DNA of 64,000 nt, from contig CAXXLZ010000001.1 in NCBI GenBank assembly GCA_963675595.2, forward strand, positions 352,001 to 416,000. Reading direction: 5' to 3'. Shown in pieces: positions 62,700 through 64,000 of the stretch; within the stretch, counting starts at the first letter, position 1; each line of letters starts with the position of its first letter. Source of the DNA: Thermodesulfobacteriota bacterium (GTDB taxonomy: Bacteria > Desulfobacterota > Desulfarculia > JACQYL01). Position numbers and translations under genes: made by a program. The notes beneath the pieces are model-generated. The model searched no databases. It was given only the letters and a program-made list of their open reading frames with translations, and was not told where the DNA came from.

Positions 62700-64000
62700 T
62701 TAAGAAGCGTAGGGCAAATTCTTTTCGACGAAATCAAAGACTTCTTCCAGGATTCCCAGAGCGGTTTCCGCCTCAGCCGTCGAAAGAATCAGCGGAGGAT
62801 TGATCCGGAAATTGGCCTTGTAGTTCATGCAGAGCAAACCTCTGTGCAAAGTCTCAAGGAAAATTCGCCGGGTATGGTCTTTGCTCATGGGCTCTTTGGT
62901 CTTTCGATCCTTGACCAGTTCGACGCCGATCAAGAGCCCCCGTCCGTCCACCTTGCCGATGAATTCGAATTTGTCTTGGAGCTTCTTCAAACCTTGGAGC
63001 AGAAATTCGCCCACTCGTCGGGAATTCTCCACCAAATCGTCATCCAGGATGGTGCGGATGGTGGCCAATGCCGCGGCGCTCGCCAGGGGATTCCCCCCGT
63101 AGCTGCTGGAAGATGAACTCGGTTTCGAAAACGGCTTACTGGAAGAGATTTCCGTGGTGGAAACCAAGCCGCTGATGGGAAAACCGTTTCCCATGCCTTT
63201 GCCGATGGTCATGATGTCCGGGACGATTCCGGTATGGTTGCTCCCGAACAGAGCACCGGTACGGCCGAAGCCGGTGATCATCTCGTCCGCGATAAGAAGC
63301 GCGTTGTTTTCCTTGGCGATTTCCGTGAGCCCGATGAGAAACTCTTTTGGAGGAATCACGTTGCCCGCCGTGCCCTGGATCGGCTCGACCAGAATGGCGG
63401 CCAAGCTGCCCGCGGTGTTGCGCTGTATGAATTCCCTGCAGAAATCCAGGCAGAAGATTCCGCAGGACGGATATTCCATTCTGAAGGGGCAACGGTAGCA
63501 GTCTGCATAAGGAGCCAGATGATAGCCGGGATGCAGCACACCCCAGTTCTGCTTGAAGGGGTCGCCCAGCAGGCCCAATACGCCGCCGCTCTTGCCGTGG
63601 AAACCTCCCCAAAACGAGAGGACCTCGAATTTGTTGGTGTGAGCTTTGGCAAGACGCAGAGCGGCTTCCACCGCCTCCGCACCTCCGCTGTACAGCATGG
63701 TTCGATTCAGATCGCCGGGAGTGATTGAAGCTATGGTCCGCAGCAGTTCAAACCTGCTTTCCGAGGTGAAGCTTCCCACGGTGATTGTGTCCAATTGCTC
63801 TTTGATCGCTGCGATGTATCGGGGATGAGAATGTCCAAGGCTGCAGACAGCGATACCGGCCATGAAATCCAGGTATTCCCTTCCATCCAAATCTTCCAGC
63901 CGACAACCGTTTCCCCTCTTGAGCGTCAAACGGGCAAGCTGCGCCACTTCCTGCAGTCCCGGGGCAATGTATTTTTGTTCCTCGTCACAAAGTTTGCCGG
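62700..64000 (-). CDS. Class III PLP aminotransferase (5' end outside window)
   Basis: YLDFMAG, SGGAEAVEAA, FHG, EPIQG, DEMITGFGRTG, DIMTIGKG; frame stays open to the window edge. Confidence 0.92.
   Translation of the reverse strand, partial: GKLCDEEQKYIAPGLQEVAQLARLTLKRGNGCRLEDLDGREYLDFMAGIAVCSLGHSHPRYIAAIKEQLDTITVGSFTSESRFELLRTIASITPGDLNRTMLYSGGAEAVEAALRLAKAHTNKFEVLSFWGGFHGKSGGVLGLLGDPFKQNWGVLHPGYHLAPYADCYRCPFRMEYPSCGIFCLDFCREFIQRNTAGSLAAILVEPIQGTAGNVIPPKEFLIGLTEIAKENNALLIADEMITGFGRTGALFGSNHTGIVPDIMTIGKGMGNGFPISGLVSTTEISSSKPFSKPSSSSSSYGGNPLASAAALATIRTILDDDLVENSRRVGEFLLQGLKKLQDKFEFIGKVDGRGLLIGVELVKDRKTKEPMSKDHTRRIFLETLHRGLLCMNYKANFRINPPLILSTAEAETALGILEEVFDFVEKNLPYAS

Overview
Bacterial chromosomal DNA whose gene content points to Desulfobacterota (deltaproteobacteria-like); this placement is inferred from protein families. 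The left ~24 kb is accessory. It holds a complete IS110-family element (398-1735) whose non-coding left end folds like a bridge RNA, with guides matching both the REP-like insertion site and the element's own circle junction; joining the two ends creates a TTGACA-17 bp-TATATT promoter. It also holds a frameshifted periplasmic-binding/GAF sensor, putP, an NDP-forming acyl-CoA synthetase, a REP-bracketed DUF433/PIN toxin-antitoxin pair beside a decayed REP-associated tyrosine transposase, a PKD/Ig-repeat surface protein, a divergent stand-alone LpxA, an SPFH + cyclic-peptide-exporter pair, pcp, a PilZ-CheD-HDOD-CheY-CheX-CheD cassette without CheA/MCP, and a divergent infA. The middle is core genome: tRNA-Gly(CCC), rimP-nusA-ylxR-infB-DUF503-rbfA-nrnA-truB-rpsO-pnp, an M16 peptidase, an MBL hydrolase and holA, followed by FrhB-like/iorAB/PadR genes and groESL. 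The right end carries small regulators, pepN, a J-domain protein, an orphan RiPP-type B12 radical SAM enzyme and a hopanoid transport/tailoring cluster cut by the window edge. All calls come from reading motifs by eye; no database searches were run.
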